This document shows, in pieces, positions 9,233 to 19,423 of a stretch of DNA of 64,000 bases; positions within the stretch are counted from its first letter, which is position 1, and the number at the start of each line of letters is the position of its first letter. Location: NCBI GenBank assembly GCA_022825265.1, contig JAJDXE010000004.1:42343-106342 (forward strand), written 5' to 3'. This DNA is from Dehalococcoidia bacterium (lineage in GTDB: Bacteria > Chloroflexota > Dehalococcoidia > Bin125). The notes under the pieces are model-generated. The model saw only the letters and a program-made list of their open reading frames with translations. It had not been told where the DNA came from and ran no database searches. The position numbers and the translations under genes were made by a program.

Positions 9233-10108
9233 ATGGCGATTATCAACATGGTTCGGGACTACGAACGGGTCGCCAAGTTCCAGCTTGGCCGCTACGTGGG
9301 GATGAAGGGACCGGGGCTGGTCTGGATCATCCCGATTATCCAGGCGGGGACCAAGGTCGATACGCGCGAGCAGTACTTTGATGTGCCGCCGCAGCGCAAC
9401 ATCACCCGAGATAACGCCGGCGTTGACGTGGACTTTGTCGTCTATTTGCGTGTGATGGAGCCAGAGCGAACGGTGCTTGAGGTTCGCGACTATCTGGGCG
9501 CGGCGCGCCAGCTCGCGACGACGACGCTGCGCGCGGTGGTCGGTGAGATGGCATTGGATGAGGTGCTGTCGCGACGCGACGACATCAACGACCAGATGCA
9601 GGTGAAGCTGGACGAGGTGACGAATCGCTGGGGCGTGAAGGTCACAGCGGTGGAAATCCGCGAGATCGAGCCTCCGCCCGCGATTGCCGAGGCGATGACG
9701 CGGCAGATGTCGGCGGAGCGGACGCGCCGGGCGCAGATCACGGAGTCGGAGGGTTCGCGCGACGCGCAGATCAACGTGGCCGAAGGTGAGCGGCAGGCGG
9801 CAATCCTTGAGGCCGAGGGTGAGAAGCAGGCGCAGATCCTGCGGGCCCAAGGTCACCGAGAGGCGCAGATCCTGGAGGCGCAGGGTTATGCCGACGCCCT
9901 GAACTCGATCGACGGCGCCGCGCAGAATGCTCACGGCAACACGATGGGCCTGCAATACCTGGACGCGATCCGGACGCTGGCGACCAGCGAGAGCACCAAG
10001 TGGATCGTGCCGATGGAGTTGACGAACGCGGCTCGGTCGATTGTTGAGCGGCTGGGTGTTGGATCGAGTAACACCGGCGGTAACGGTGGCGGGAACAGCG
10101 GCGGCTAG
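9233..10108 (+). CDS. SPFH/band-7 (stomatin/slipin-like) membrane scaffold protein.
   Basis: PHB domain, then the coiled-coil repeat region EAEGEKQAQILRAQGHREAQILEAQG, then a Gly/Asn-rich tail. Confidence 0.85.
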   Translation: MAIINMVRDYERVAKFQLGRYVGMKGPGLVWIIPIIQAGTKVDTREQYFDVPPQRNITRDNAGVDVDFVVYLRVMEPERTVLEVRDYLGAARQLATTTLRAVVGEMALDEVLSRRDDINDQMQVKLDEVTNRWGVKVTAVEIREIEPPPAIAEAMTRQMSAERTRRAQITESEGSRDAQINVAEGERQAAILEAEGEKQAQILRAQGHREAQILEAQGYADALNSIDGAAQNAHGNTMGLQYLDAIRTLATSESTKWIVPMELTNAARSIVERLGVGSSNTGGNGGGNSGG

Positions 10109-10244
10109 GGCGTCCCGCACCGTTCAGCAGCTGCTCATTTGCTATCGTGGGCCTTGGAACTGGCGTTGATCACTGGATTGACGCTCGGGACCAAGAGGCG
10201 GCTGGCCAGCGCATTAGAGGGTTCGCAGATGCGCAAGCCGGCCT

Positions 10245-10268
10245 AGCGCGGGTCGCTACACCCGCGCT
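10245..10268. terminator. Hairpin in the gap between convergent SPFH and alpha/beta-hydrolase genes.
   Basis: agcgcgggt-cgctac-acccgcgct forms a perfect 9-bp stem. Confidence 0.35.
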
Positions 10269-10326
10269 CGCCTCAACCTACTGCCCATTGGTTTGTAATC
10301 AACCATCCAGCTTCGATGACTCGCCG

Positions 10327-11049
10327 CTATTGCGGGCCGGCGTGGTTGTGGATGAATTGGTGCATTTCGGCGAGGACGGTGTCGGGGTCTTCGGCGAGGC
10401 CGTGGCCTCCGTCGGGGATGAGGACGAGTTTCTTGGGGTCGTTGGCTCGCTCGAAGATGTCTTCGGAGGCCATGTGGTGGAGGATGGCGTCGGCGGTGCC
10501 GTGGATGAGGAGGAGTGGTTTGTTCATCTCGTCGACCTGGCGGGTGCCGAAGAGCTGTGGTGAGAGGGAGATGACTCCGGCCACCTGGGGCATGATCTGA
10601 GCGGTCTTGATGACGACGGCGCCGCCGAAGGAGTGTCCGGCGAGGATGATGCGCTCGGCGCCGACGCCGGAGAGGAATGAGCAGGCTCCGAGCAGGTCGA
10701 GGACGCATTCCTCGAACTCGCCGGCGATTCGGTAGTGGATGCGGAGCGTGGAGACGCCCTGTGCGGGGAGTTGCTCGGCGAGGCGCTGGTAGACGCTGTC
10801 GGCGGGTCCGCGGACCTCGTGCTCGCCGCCCATGGCTCCGGAGCAGGTGATCAGGGCTCCGGTCTGGCCCTCGCAGACGTCGAGGAGGGCTTTGATTTCG
10901 CCTCGGGTGGTGCCGAGGCGGAGTTCGAGCCGTGAGGGATCGGGCTCTCCATCTTCGACTTCTCGCGGTCGCGCCTGGACACCGGTGATCCTGAGGGTGA
11001 GGTCTTCCGGTTCGGGCTCGTCGGGCGCAGGGTTGAGGCGGAAGGTCAT
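10327..11049 (-). CDS. Alpha/beta-fold hydrolase.
   Basis: GHSFGG nucleophile elbow (GxSxG) and a C-terminal ...HGTAD...DGGH triad-like arrangement. 240 aa. Confidence 0.65.
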   Translation of the reverse strand: MTFRLNPAPDEPEPEDLTLRITGVQARPREVEDGEPDPSRLELRLGTTRGEIKALLDVCEGQTGALITCSGAMGGEHEVRGPADSVYQRLAEQLPAQGVSTLRIHYRIAGEFEECVLDLLGACSFLSGVGAERIILAGHSFGGAVVIKTAQIMPQVAGVISLSPQLFGTRQVDEMNKPLLLIHGTADAILHHMASEDIFERANDPKKLVLIPDGGHGLAEDPDTVLAEMHQFIHNHAGPQ

Positions 11050-11089
11050 GGTCGCAGGCTAGCGCCTGGGCGACCGATCGCCGGTCGCG

Positions 11090-12385
11090 CTACTTGGCTA
11101 ATGGGGCGTAGTGCAGAAAGCGACCGATTCGCTCCAGCGCTTCTTCGATCTCGTCGTAGCTGGTGGCGTAGCAGGCTCGGACGTGTCCGGCGCCGGCAGT
11201 TCCGAAGGCGGAGCCGGGGACGACGGCGACCTGCTCGCGGAGGAGCAGTTGCTCGGCGAAGGTTTCGTCGTCGTAGCCGGTCTGGGCGACGGAGGGGAAG
11301 GCGTAGAAGGCGCCTCGGGGCTCGGCGCAGGAGAGTCCGAGCTTGTTGAATCCGCGCCACATGAGTTGTCGTCGGCGATCGTACTCCTCGCGCATGGAGA
11401 TGACGTACTCCTCGCCCGCGCGGACGGCCTCGAGGGCGGCGTATTGGGCGACGGTGGGGGCGGACATCATGGCGTACTGGTGGATCTTGAGCATGCCGGC
11501 CATGAGGTCGGTCGGGGCGGCGGCCCAGGCGACGCGCCAGCCGGTCATCGCGTGCGACTTCGAGAATCCGCCCAGCGTGATCGTGCGCTCCTTCATGCCG
11601 GGCAGCGCGGCGATCGGCGTGTGCTCGAAGCCTCCGTAGACGAGGCGGTCGTAGATCTCGTCGGAGATGACGAGGAGGTCGTGTCGGCGGGCGACGTCGG
11701 CGAGGGCTTCGAGGGTGGCGCGTTCGAGCACCGCTCCGGTTGGGTTTGAGGGATAGGCGATCAAGAGGGCCCTGGTCCTGGGCGTGATCGCGGCTTCGAC
11801 TTCCTTTGGATTGAGGGCAAAGCCCTGCGAGGCCCGAGTCGTGATCGGAACAGGGACGCCGCCGGCGAGGAGGACGGCGGGGGCGTGGGCGGCGTAGGAG
11901 GGGTCGGCGACGATGACTTCGTCTCCCGGGTTGATGATTGCTCGGGCGGCAAGGTCGAGGCCCTCAGAGACGCCTGTGGTGATCAGCATTTCCTCGCGCG
12001 GGTCCCACTCGACGCCGTAGCGGCGCTCGAGGTCTCGGGCGATGGCCTCTCGGAGCTCGAGTAGGCCGAGGTTGGAGGTGTAGTGGGTGTGGCCTTGCTC
12101 GATGGCTCGGATGCCGGCCTCGGAGATCGGCCAGGGGGTAACGAAATCGGGCTCGCCGACGCCGAGGGAGATCACGTGGTCCATGGAGGCGATGATGTCG
12201 AAGAAGCGCCTAATGCCGGAGCCGGGCACGGCCTGCACCCGCTCGGCGACTCGGGCGGCTCCATCCGCCGCTTGCTCAGCCGATCCGGTTGCTTGCGCCG
12301 CAGCCGCCGATCCAGCACCCGCGGCGCCGGTACGCCGGGGATCGTCGTCGCTGGAGTATTGGCGGTCGTTGGACGCTATCGGCAT
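11090..12385 (-). CDS. Class-I/II PLP-dependent aminotransferase (aspartate/aromatic type).
   Basis: The SKSHAMTGWR lysine motif and the N-terminal SGIRRFFD motif are present. The first ~45 codons are low-complexity, so the start is uncertain. Confidence 0.8.
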   Translation of the reverse strand: MPIASNDRQYSSDDDPRRTGAAGAGSAAAAQATGSAEQAADGAARVAERVQAVPGSGIRRFFDIIASMDHVISLGVGEPDFVTPWPISEAGIRAIEQGHTHYTSNLGLLELREAIARDLERRYGVEWDPREEMLITTGVSEGLDLAARAIINPGDEVIVADPSYAAHAPAVLLAGGVPVPITTRASQGFALNPKEVEAAITPRTRALLIAYPSNPTGAVLERATLEALADVARRHDLLVISDEIYDRLVYGGFEHTPIAALPGMKERTITLGGFSKSHAMTGWRVAWAAAPTDLMAGMLKIHQYAMMSAPTVAQYAALEAVRAGEEYVISMREEYDRRRQLMWRGFNKLGLSCAEPRGAFYAFPSVAQTGYDDETFAEQLLLREQVAVVPGSAFGTAGAGHVRACYATSYDEIEEALERIGRFLHYAPLAK

Positions 12386-12428
12386 GGCTGAACTCGCTTT
12401 GAACTCGTTCCTGCTCTGGCGCGGTGGT

Positions 12429-12920
12429 TCAGAAAACGACCTTCTGGCGGTCGTTCTGTAGGTCGGAATCGATGTAGACGCCGTCTTCCTTGTAGCGGCG
12501 CATGAGGACGCGGGTGGTGGTGCCCTTGACGCCGGACATCGTGGCCAGGCGCTCGCCGACGAAGTCGGAGATGCCGCGCATGTTGTCGGCGGCGATCATG
12601 ACGAGGAGGTCGTAGGCGCCGGAGACGAAGTAGACGGTCTGGACTTCGTCGAAGCGGGCGATGCGGCGGGCGACGGCGTTGTAGCCGACGTTGGGCTGTG
12701 GTTCGACGGTGACCTCGACGACGGCGTAGACGGTGGAGAGACCGAGCGTTTCCCAGTTCACCTTTGCGCCGTAGCCGAGGAGGATGTTGCGCTCCTCGGC
12801 CTCGTCAATGGCCTGCTGAACGGATGCCTCGTCGGCGTCGATGTTCTCGCCGATCTGGGCTGGCGATTGGCGGGCGTCGCGGGCGAGTTCGCGGAGGACG
12901 GGTTCGAGGATTGGGTCCAT
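12429..12920 (-). CDS. Lrp/AsnC-family transcriptional regulator.
   Basis: N-terminal HTH (LDPILEPVLRELARDARQSPAQIGENI) plus a C-terminal RAM domain. 163 aa. Lies upstream of the aminotransferase on the same strand. Confidence 0.8.
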   Translation of the reverse strand: MDPILEPVLRELARDARQSPAQIGENIDADEASVQQAIDEAEERNILLGYGAKVNWETLGLSTVYAVVEVTVEPQPNVGYNAVARRIARFDEVQTVYFVSGAYDLLVMIAADNMRGISDFVGERLATMSGVKGTTTRVLMRRYKEDGVYIDSDLQNDRQKVVF

Positions 12921-12985
12921 CAGGATCGAACTTTACGTGAAGAATCTGGCCGTGTCAGTGGTGGTGGGGGTGTGTGGTGATCTCG

Positions 12986-14482
12986 TTACGTTGAGCCAAC
13001 ATTCCCGGGCGGGACGGTCGGCCATTGGGCGAGTTGCTCGTAGGCGTTGGCGATGCCGAGTAGGGTCGTTTCGCCGAGGCGTTGTCCGACGAATTGGAGT
13101 CCGACGGGCATGCCGTCGGCGCCGAATCCGCCGGGGACGGAGATGGCTGGGAGACCGGCGATGTTGGCGGGGATCGTGTAGATGTCGTTGAGGTACATCT
13201 GATAGGGATCGGTGATTTCGCCCTGCTTGAAGGCGACGGTGGGCGCGGTGGGCGCGACGATCACGTCGTGCTGGGCGAAGACTCGGTCGAACTCCCGGCG
13301 GATCAGCGTGCGCACCTTCTGGGCCTGGAGGTAGTAGGCGTCGTAGTAGCCGGCGGAGAGGGCGTAGGCGCCGAGCAGGATGCGTCGCTTGACTTCGCGG
13401 CCGAAGCCGTGTTTGCGGCTGGCTTCCATGTCGGCCCACATGGACTCGCCGCCGCGAGCGCCGTAGCCGTACTTGACCCCGTCGAAGCGGGCCAGATTGG
13501 CGGAGCACTCGGAGGGGGCGAGGATGTAGTAGACGGGCAGCGCCATCGGCACTGAGGGCATTGACGGCGTGCGGTCGATGATCGCGCCGTTGGCGGCGAG
13601 CAGGTCGAGCGCGGTTTCAATGGTCGAGGCGACGTCGTCGTCCATGCCGTCGCCGAAGAACTCCTGCGGCGCGGCGACCTTGAGGCCGTCGAGGCCGCGG
13701 TCCAGTTGCGCGCTGAAGTCGGGGACGGGTTCGTCGTAGCAGGTGGAGTCGAGCGGGTCGGGTCCGGCGATGGCCTGGAGGAGCAGAGCGGCGTCCTCGA
13801 CGGTGTGAGTGAAGGGGCCGATCTGGTCGAGGGAGCTGGCGAACGCGATCAGTCCGTAGCGGGAGACCCGGCCGTAGGTCGGTTTGAGTCCGACGACGCC
13901 GCAGAAGGAGGCCGGCTGGCGGATGGAGCCTCCGGTGTCGGAGCCGAGCGTGGCGATGCACTGCTGGGCGGCGACGGCGGCGGCGGAGCCGCCTGAGGAG
14001 CCTCCGGGGACGCGCTCGAGGTCCCAGGGGTTTGCCGTGGGGAACCAGGCCGAGTGCTCGGTCGAGGAGCCCATGGCGAACTCGTCCATGTTGAGCTTGC
14101 CCAGCGAGATCGCGCCGGCGTCGCGGAGACGGCCGACGACGGTGGCGTCGTAGGGCGGGATCAGGCTGTCGAGCATGCGCGAGCCGGCGGTGGTGCGGAC
14201 GCCACTGGTCATGAGGACGTCCTTGAGGCCAATCGGCAGGCCGGTCAGTTGGGCAGTTGCGTCTCCCTGAGAGAGGAGGTTGTCGGCTTCGGCGGCCTGT
14301 TCGAGGGCTGCCTCTGCGGTGACGGTGACGAAGGCTTTGACCTGGTCGTCGGTGGCGGCGATTCGGTCGAGGAAGGTCTGAGTGAGCTGCTGCGAGGTGA
14401 TCTCGCCATCGAGCAGTTTGCGGCGGCCTTCGGCCAGTGTGATCGACAACAGATCGAGTTCGGAATCGGTGGATGTGGTCAT
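12986..14482 (-). CDS. gatA: Glu/Asp-tRNA amidotransferase subunit A (amidase-signature enzyme).
   Basis: Amidase signature GGSSGGSAAAVAA is present. 498 aa. Start overlaps the gatC stop (ATGA). Confidence 0.8.
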   Translation of the reverse strand: MTTSTDSELDLLSITLAEGRRKLLDGEITSQQLTQTFLDRIAATDDQVKAFVTVTAEAALEQAAEADNLLSQGDATAQLTGLPIGLKDVLMTSGVRTTAGSRMLDSLIPPYDATVVGRLRDAGAISLGKLNMDEFAMGSSTEHSAWFPTANPWDLERVPGGSSGGSAAAVAAQQCIATLGSDTGGSIRQPASFCGVVGLKPTYGRVSRYGLIAFASSLDQIGPFTHTVEDAALLLQAIAGPDPLDSTCYDEPVPDFSAQLDRGLDGLKVAAPQEFFGDGMDDDVASTIETALDLLAANGAIIDRTPSMPSVPMALPVYYILAPSECSANLARFDGVKYGYGARGGESMWADMEASRKHGFGREVKRRILLGAYALSAGYYDAYYLQAQKVRTLIRREFDRVFAQHDVIVAPTAPTVAFKQGEITDPYQMYLNDIYTIPANIAGLPAISVPGGFGADGMPVGLQFVGQRLGETTLLGIANAYEQLAQWPTVPPGNVGST

Positions 14483-14790
14483 GACTGATCGAGGACCGCG
14501 TGGACGCGGAAGTACTCGTCCTCGCGCTGGGGCGCGTTGGCGAGGATTTGATCTCTTGGTAGAGCGGGACGCGAGGCGTCGGTGTCCTGGACGTTGAGCA
14601 GGTCGGCGCCATTGTTGGTCGGCGGGACGCCGGCGGTGTCGATCTCGGAGAGGGCGTCGATGTGGGAGAGGATGCTGGCGAGCTCGCTACGGAACTCTTC
14701 GACCTCGGAATCCGTCAATTCAATACGGACCAGCGAGGCCAGATGGCGCACCTGGTCGCTGGTGAACTGCGTGCTCTCGGAATCAGACAT
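14479..14790 (-). CDS. gatC: Glu/Asp-tRNA amidotransferase subunit C.
   Basis: ~100 aa. MSDSESTQFTSDQVRHLASLVRIELTDSEVEEF... is GatC-like. The track ORF begins at a GTG at 14814, but the ATG at 14790 is preferred. Confidence 0.7.
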   Translation of the reverse strand: MSDSESTQFTSDQVRHLASLVRIELTDSEVEEFRSELASILSHIDALSEIDTAGVPPTNNGADLLNVQDTDASRPALPRDQILANAPQREDEYFRVHAVLDQS

Positions 14791-14914
14791 GACTTGTCGT
14801 TCGGCTGGTGACACTTCGTTATTCGCAGGTGAAATGCAGCGTATCGCGGGCGCGGCTAATGGTCGGGTCCCAGGTCACAAGACGTAATGTGGAGTCTGAG
14901 ACGGAGTCCGGGCA

Positions 14915-17755
14915 TTGCCATCTGAACCTCAATCGGGACGCAAGCGGCGCATGAGCCTGGCCACGCGGCTGGCAATTCGCTCGCGTCGACGAAAGCGCGG
15001 GGAGCGAGTCGAGCCAGTGCGGATGCGCGGCTGGATGATCGCGCTGGTGATCGTGCTCGGATTGCCGATGGTGATGCTCGGGGCGGCGGCCGGCGCGGCG
15101 TATCTGATCTACTCGGACTTCGCCGACGATCTCGCGCCGCCGGATCAGATCGAGGAGACGCAACGACTGCTGGGCAGCAGCCGGGTCTTCGATCGCAACG
15201 GCGAGGACGGCGTGCTGCTGTTCGAGTACGCGCGGCCCTATGACGGCTTGCGGGCTCCGGTGCGGTTGCACCGGGTGTCGCAGCACATCATCGACGCGAC
15301 CGTCGCGACCGAGGACTCGTCGTTCTGGACGAACCAGGGGATCAACTTTCGCGGTCTGATGCGCGCGGCGTGGGAGAACTTTGGGGTCGGGAGTTCCGAT
15401 TTCCTCGGCGGATCGGGCGGGTCGTCGATCACGCAGCAGTTGGTCAAGAACGTGCTGATTCCGCCGGAGGAACGGAGCGGGCGGACGCTGAATCGGGTTC
15501 GAGGCAAGCTCAAGGAGACGATCCTCGCGGTTGAGCTGACCGACGAGTACAGCAAGGAGCAAATCCTTGAGTGGTACCTGAACTCGATCTTCTATGGGAA
15601 CTTCTCTTACGGGATCGGGGCGGCGAGCCAGCGTTACTTCGGCAAGCGTCCTTCGGAGTTGACACTGGCGGAGTCGGCGATGTTGGCGGGTCTGCCTCAG
15701 GCGCCGTCGCTGTATGACCCGCTGGTCAACTTCGATGGGGCGAAGTGGCGTCAGGGGCAGGTGTTGTCGCTGATGGTTCGGCATGGTTACATCAGCCAGG
15801 TTGAGGCGAATGCGGCGTGGGCGGAGGAGCTCGAGTTTGACTCGGTGGAGTTCGACATCCACGCGCCGCACTACGTGATCTACGTGCGTGAGCAAGTTGA
15901 GCAGCTCTGTCGGTTGGAGCGGTTCGTGCCTCCTCCGGGCGCGGGCGGCTGCGAGAATTTGATGCATAACGGCGGGTTGCGGATTCGCACGTCGCTGGAC
16001 TTTGCCTTGCAGGAGCGGGCTGAAGTCGAGTTGCGCTCGGCGATTGCCGGCTTCGAAGCGTCTACGGGTGCACATAACGGAGCGCTGGTGGCGATTGATC
16101 CTGCGACGGGGCAGATCCTGGCGCTGGTCGGGAGTCGCGACTTCTTTGACGAGGCGATCGATGGGCAGGTCAACCTGGCGACGGCGACGCACTCGCCGGG
16201 GTCGGCGCTGAAGCCGCTGACCTATCTGGCGGCGTTCCAGATTGATCCGCGCAGCTGGCATCCGGCGACGGTGTTGTGGGATGTGCCGACGACGTATGTC
16301 GAAGCGGATGGGACGGAGTTCCGGCCGGTCAACTTCGACGGCGTGTTCCGCGGGCCGGTGACGGTGCGCAGCGCGCTGGCGAACTCGATGAATGTGCCGG
16401 CGTTCAAGGTGGCCGATCGGTTGGGCAGCAGCGCGCTGCTCGACACGTTGCATCGGCTGGGGATCACGACGATGCATGATCCGGGGGCGTATGGTCCGTC
16501 GATCACACTGGGCGGCGGTGAGGTCTCGCTGCTGGACATGACCTACGCCTATGCGACGCTGGCCAACTTGGGTGAGATGAAGGGTCAGCCGACGGTCCTG
16601 TCGTTGCCGGACGGCTTCCGCGAGCTGGATCCGGTGGCCGTGCTGGAGATTCGCGATGCGGAGGGCCGGTTGTTGTACGAGTGGTCGGCGACGGGCGAGC
16701 CGGAACTGCGGGCGGTGGCCAAACCGGCTCAGGTGTATCAGATCACTCACATGCTGTCGGATAACCATGCGCGGTCGCTGTTGTACGGGACGAACAGTCC
16801 GCTCGTGCTCGATCGGCCGGCAGCGGCCAAGACCGGAACGGCGGGAGATCCGGGCAAGGACGACCTTCGCCGCGACTACTGGACGTTGGGCTACACACCG
16901 CAGCTCGCGGTTGGGGTCTGGGTTGGCAATGCGGACGAGTCGCCGATGACCGGCGGATCGTCGGTGCAGACGGCGGGGCAGATCTGGAATCGGTTCATGC
17001 TCGCCGCGCATGAGGGGTTGGAAGCGGAAGCGTTCTCGGCACCCGACGGGATTCACTGGGCCGATGTCTATGCTCCCTCGGCGACTCCGTTGGTAGTGGC
17101 CGCTCAAAGTGATGGCGGGCTGCAGAATCCGTGCGTGTCTCCGAGGCGGGAACTGTTCATCTCGATCCGGGTAGCGCCGCCGGTGGACAACTCGATCTGC
17201 GTTGAGGTTGAGGTTGATCGTCGAACGCTGCAGCGGGCAACGGTGTCGACACCTGAGGAATTCCTGGAGCCGGGCGTCTGGCTGGAGCCGCCGACCGTGG
17301 CTCGGGGGAGCGCGACGGCGCTGGACCCGGCTGTGGTCGATTGGTTGCGGCGCAATCGGATTGCCTACCTGCAGCCCGGGACGTTGGACGAGGCGGATGC
17401 GCCGGTGCGTCTGGATTCACCGGGCGACGCCGAGATCGTGGAGCGGGGCGAGTTGTTGATCAGTGGCCGGGCGCAGACTTCGGAGCTGGTTGGTTGGACG
17501 CTGAGTGCTCGGCAGTTGGGCAGCGAGGACGTGATCACGATTGCGACCGGGGAGCGGCCGATCGAGCGAGGCGTCCTGGCGCACTGGGATAGCAGCGAGA
17601 TTCCCGGCGGCGTGTATCGGCTGACGCTGGAGGTGGTTGATCGGTACCTGGGATCGATGGTTGACGAGATCGTGATCGCGGTGCCGGAGGATGCGAGTGT
17701 GTCGGGGCTTGAGGCGGACGAGGCGGATGAAGCGGATGAGGCGGACTCGAATTAG
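14915..17755 (+). CDS. Class-A penicillin-binding protein (PBP1A-type transglycosylase/transpeptidase) with a ~250 aa C-terminal extension.
   Basis: GT51 motifs (GSSITQQLVKN, RKLKE) and transpeptidase SxxK (GSALKP) and KTGT motifs are present. The C-terminus ends in (EAD)4 from a 9-bp gaggcggac repeat. Confidence 0.85.
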   Translation: MPSEPQSGRKRRMSLATRLAIRSRRRKRGERVEPVRMRGWMIALVIVLGLPMVMLGAAAGAAYLIYSDFADDLAPPDQIEETQRLLGSSRVFDRNGEDGVLLFEYARPYDGLRAPVRLHRVSQHIIDATVATEDSSFWTNQGINFRGLMRAAWENFGVGSSDFLGGSGGSSITQQLVKNVLIPPEERSGRTLNRVRGKLKETILAVELTDEYSKEQILEWYLNSIFYGNFSYGIGAASQRYFGKRPSELTLAESAMLAGLPQAPSLYDPLVNFDGAKWRQGQVLSLMVRHGYISQVEANAAWAEELEFDSVEFDIHAPHYVIYVREQVEQLCRLERFVPPPGAGGCENLMHNGGLRIRTSLDFALQERAEVELRSAIAGFEASTGAHNGALVAIDPATGQILALVGSRDFFDEAIDGQVNLATATHSPGSALKPLTYLAAFQIDPRSWHPATVLWDVPTTYVEADGTEFRPVNFDGVFRGPVTVRSALANSMNVPAFKVADRLGSSALLDTLHRLGITTMHDPGAYGPSITLGGGEVSLLDMTYAYATLANLGEMKGQPTVLSLPDGFRELDPVAVLEIRDAEGRLLYEWSATGEPELRAVAKPAQVYQITHMLSDNHARSLLYGTNSPLVLDRPAAAKTGTAGDPGKDDLRRDYWTLGYTPQLAVGVWVGNADESPMTGGSSVQTAGQIWNRFMLAAHEGLEAEAFSAPDGIHWADVYAPSATPLVVAAQSDGGLQNPCVSPRRELFISIRVAPPVDNSICVEVEVDRRTLQRATVSTPEEFLEPGVWLEPPTVARGSATALDPAVVDWLRRNRIAYLQPGTLDEADAPVRLDSPGDAEIVERGELLISGRAQTSELVGWTLSARQLGSEDVITIATGERPIERGVLAHWDSSEIPGGVYRLTLEVVDRYLGSMVDEIVIAVPEDASVSGLEADEADEADEADSN

Positions 17756-17760
17756 TACGG

Positions 17761-18927
17761 TCAGCGGGGTAAGAGCGCGTCGGCATCGTTGGGCGAGCCG
17801 ATTTCGCGGACGTCGGTGAGGAACTCGGCGAGGGTGTTCTTGCCAGCTCGGAATTCGAGCAGGCGCTGTCCCCAGGGGCTGGCCGAGGATGGGCTTGCTC
17901 CGTAGCCGCCGCGGAACGCGAGGAAGGCCTGGTTGATGCGGCGGAAGGGGCGACCGAGGTCGATGAGCTGCTGCCGCACTTCTCGCATGAGTAGTTCGGC
18001 CTCGTTGATCTCGCCCTGTTCGAGGAGTTCGTCAACGTCCAGGGAGAGCTGGCGGAGGATGGGATCGGTGACGGCTCGGATTGCATCCCAGTCGGCATCC
18101 GATTCGGTTTCCGACGCCGCTTCGTAGCCGGGCAGATCGGCGGCGTACTCGCCGAGTTGGTCGCCGACGATGTCGGCCACGGTCTCGTTGATCGTGCGCA
18201 TGTCGGAACCACGTGCGTAGGCGAGGCCGAGTGGATAGAAGCCGAGGTAGTGGTGCGTCCACTCGTGAGCCATGATCTGCAGCGTGCTGAGATAGTCGCG
18301 CGAGGAGATCACCGAAGCGGGATAGAGCGCGACACCACCGATGCCGCCGACCCAGGCTGACCAGTCTCCGCTGGCTTCGACTTCGGCTTCGATTCGGTCG
18401 TAATCTTCGCGCTCGACCTCGGAGGTGAGCAGGACTGAGCGGACCATGCGCACCTCGTCACGCGGAGAGACGGCGACGATATGCAGCCGGTCGCTCAGGT
18501 CGACATCGATTGGCGGCCAGACGACGCGGACTCGGTTGAACAGGGGCAGCGGCGTGTCGAGATCGAGCTGTGATGCAGCGCGGCTGAGTCGGCGTTCAAG
18601 AAGCAGCTCCGCTTTCTTGCGGTCGCTCTGATCGCGCTGTTCGCGCTGATCACCTTGATCGAACCATCGCTCGAGGATCGCCTCTTCATCGAGGTCGGGC
18701 GCGTCCAGCCAGCCGGCGACGTTGGTCAGCCAGCGATTGGGCAAATGGGTGAGCTCGTACTTGATCAGCGAGAAGCGATGCGTCTCGGTGGCGTCTCCGA
18801 GCAATTCGTCGAGCTCCGGCGCGGACTGAGCTCGGAGCGTCGATGCGGCGAGCAGGGCGGCGGCCATCGTCATGGACACGACGAGCGCAGCAAGCGTCGC
18901 GGCGAGGAAGAGGCGTCTCTGGGCCAT
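17761..18927 (-). CDS. Hypothetical secreted or membrane-anchored protein with a zincin-like HExxH motif.
   Basis: N-terminal hydrophobic signal (LFLAATLAALVVSMTMAAALLAAS) and the motif IMAHEWTHHYLGFY. No confident family assignment. Confidence 0.4.
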   Translation of the reverse strand: MAQRRLFLAATLAALVVSMTMAAALLAASTLRAQSAPELDELLGDATETHRFSLIKYELTHLPNRWLTNVAGWLDAPDLDEEAILERWFDQGDQREQRDQSDRKKAELLLERRLSRAASQLDLDTPLPLFNRVRVVWPPIDVDLSDRLHIVAVSPRDEVRMVRSVLLTSEVEREDYDRIEAEVEASGDWSAWVGGIGGVALYPASVISSRDYLSTLQIMAHEWTHHYLGFYPLGLAYARGSDMRTINETVADIVGDQLGEYAADLPGYEAASETESDADWDAIRAVTDPILRQLSLDVDELLEQGEINEAELLMREVRQQLIDLGRPFRRINQAFLAFRGGYGASPSSASPWGQRLLEFRAGKNTLAEFLTDVREIGSPNDADALLPR

Positions 18928-18955
18928 GGATTCGATGCTACGCTCAACCGCGTTG

Positions 18956-19423
18956 ATGGCCCGTCCTGATTCCGAACCTCTCTACATTCCTATCGTGCGC
19001 CGCGAGGCGCGTCTGGTTGCGGCTGCGATTGATTTTGTCGTGATTGGGCTGTTCAGCGGTCTGTGCGCCGTGATGGCGACCGTCGCCATGCTGTTGCAGG
19101 TGGATCCGTTTGAGCGAGACCCAACCGCGGGCGAGTGGGGCGTGGGCTACGCGATCGCGCTGCTGTGGTTTCTGCTGTCTTCGTTGTATGCAGGGCTCGG
19201 CGCGCGGACAGTGGGCGCTCGGTTGTTGGGATTGCGGGAGTTGCGAGGCGGGGCTCGGACGTTTGTGATCCGGGGCTTGATCTGGTGGCCGTCGGTGCTG
19301 CTGCTCGGGATCGGGATGTGGTGGCCGTGGGTTGATGCTCAGGGCCGCAGCTTGCCGGACATGCTGTCGGGATCGCTGTTGATCGAGACGTCCCTCCCCG
19401 AGGGCGAGATGAGGACGATGTGA
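18956..19423 (+). CDS. RDD-family membrane protein.
   Basis: ...RREARLVAAAIDFVVIGL... plus three TM segments. Start refined to the ATG at 18956, since the track ORF would overlap the convergent upstream gene. Confidence 0.55.
   Translation: MARPDSEPLYIPIVRREARLVAAAIDFVVIGLFSGLCAVMATVAMLLQVDPFERDPTAGEWGVGYAIALLWFLLSSLYAGLGARTVGARLLGLRELRGGARTFVIRGLIWWPSVLLLGIGMWWPWVDAQGRSLPDMLSGSLLIETSLPEGEMRTM

Noticed and set aside
10147-10563. 138-aa plus-strand ORF starting in the SPFH / alpha-beta-hydrolase gap.
   Set aside because: Most of it is antisense to the hydrolase gene. The intergenic part contains a terminator-like hairpin rather than an RBS.
14819-17107. 762-aa ORF on the minus strand.
   Set aside because: It is entirely antisense to the well-supported PBP1A gene. 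Its Arg/Pro-rich composition is typical of spurious antisense ORFs in high-GC DNA.
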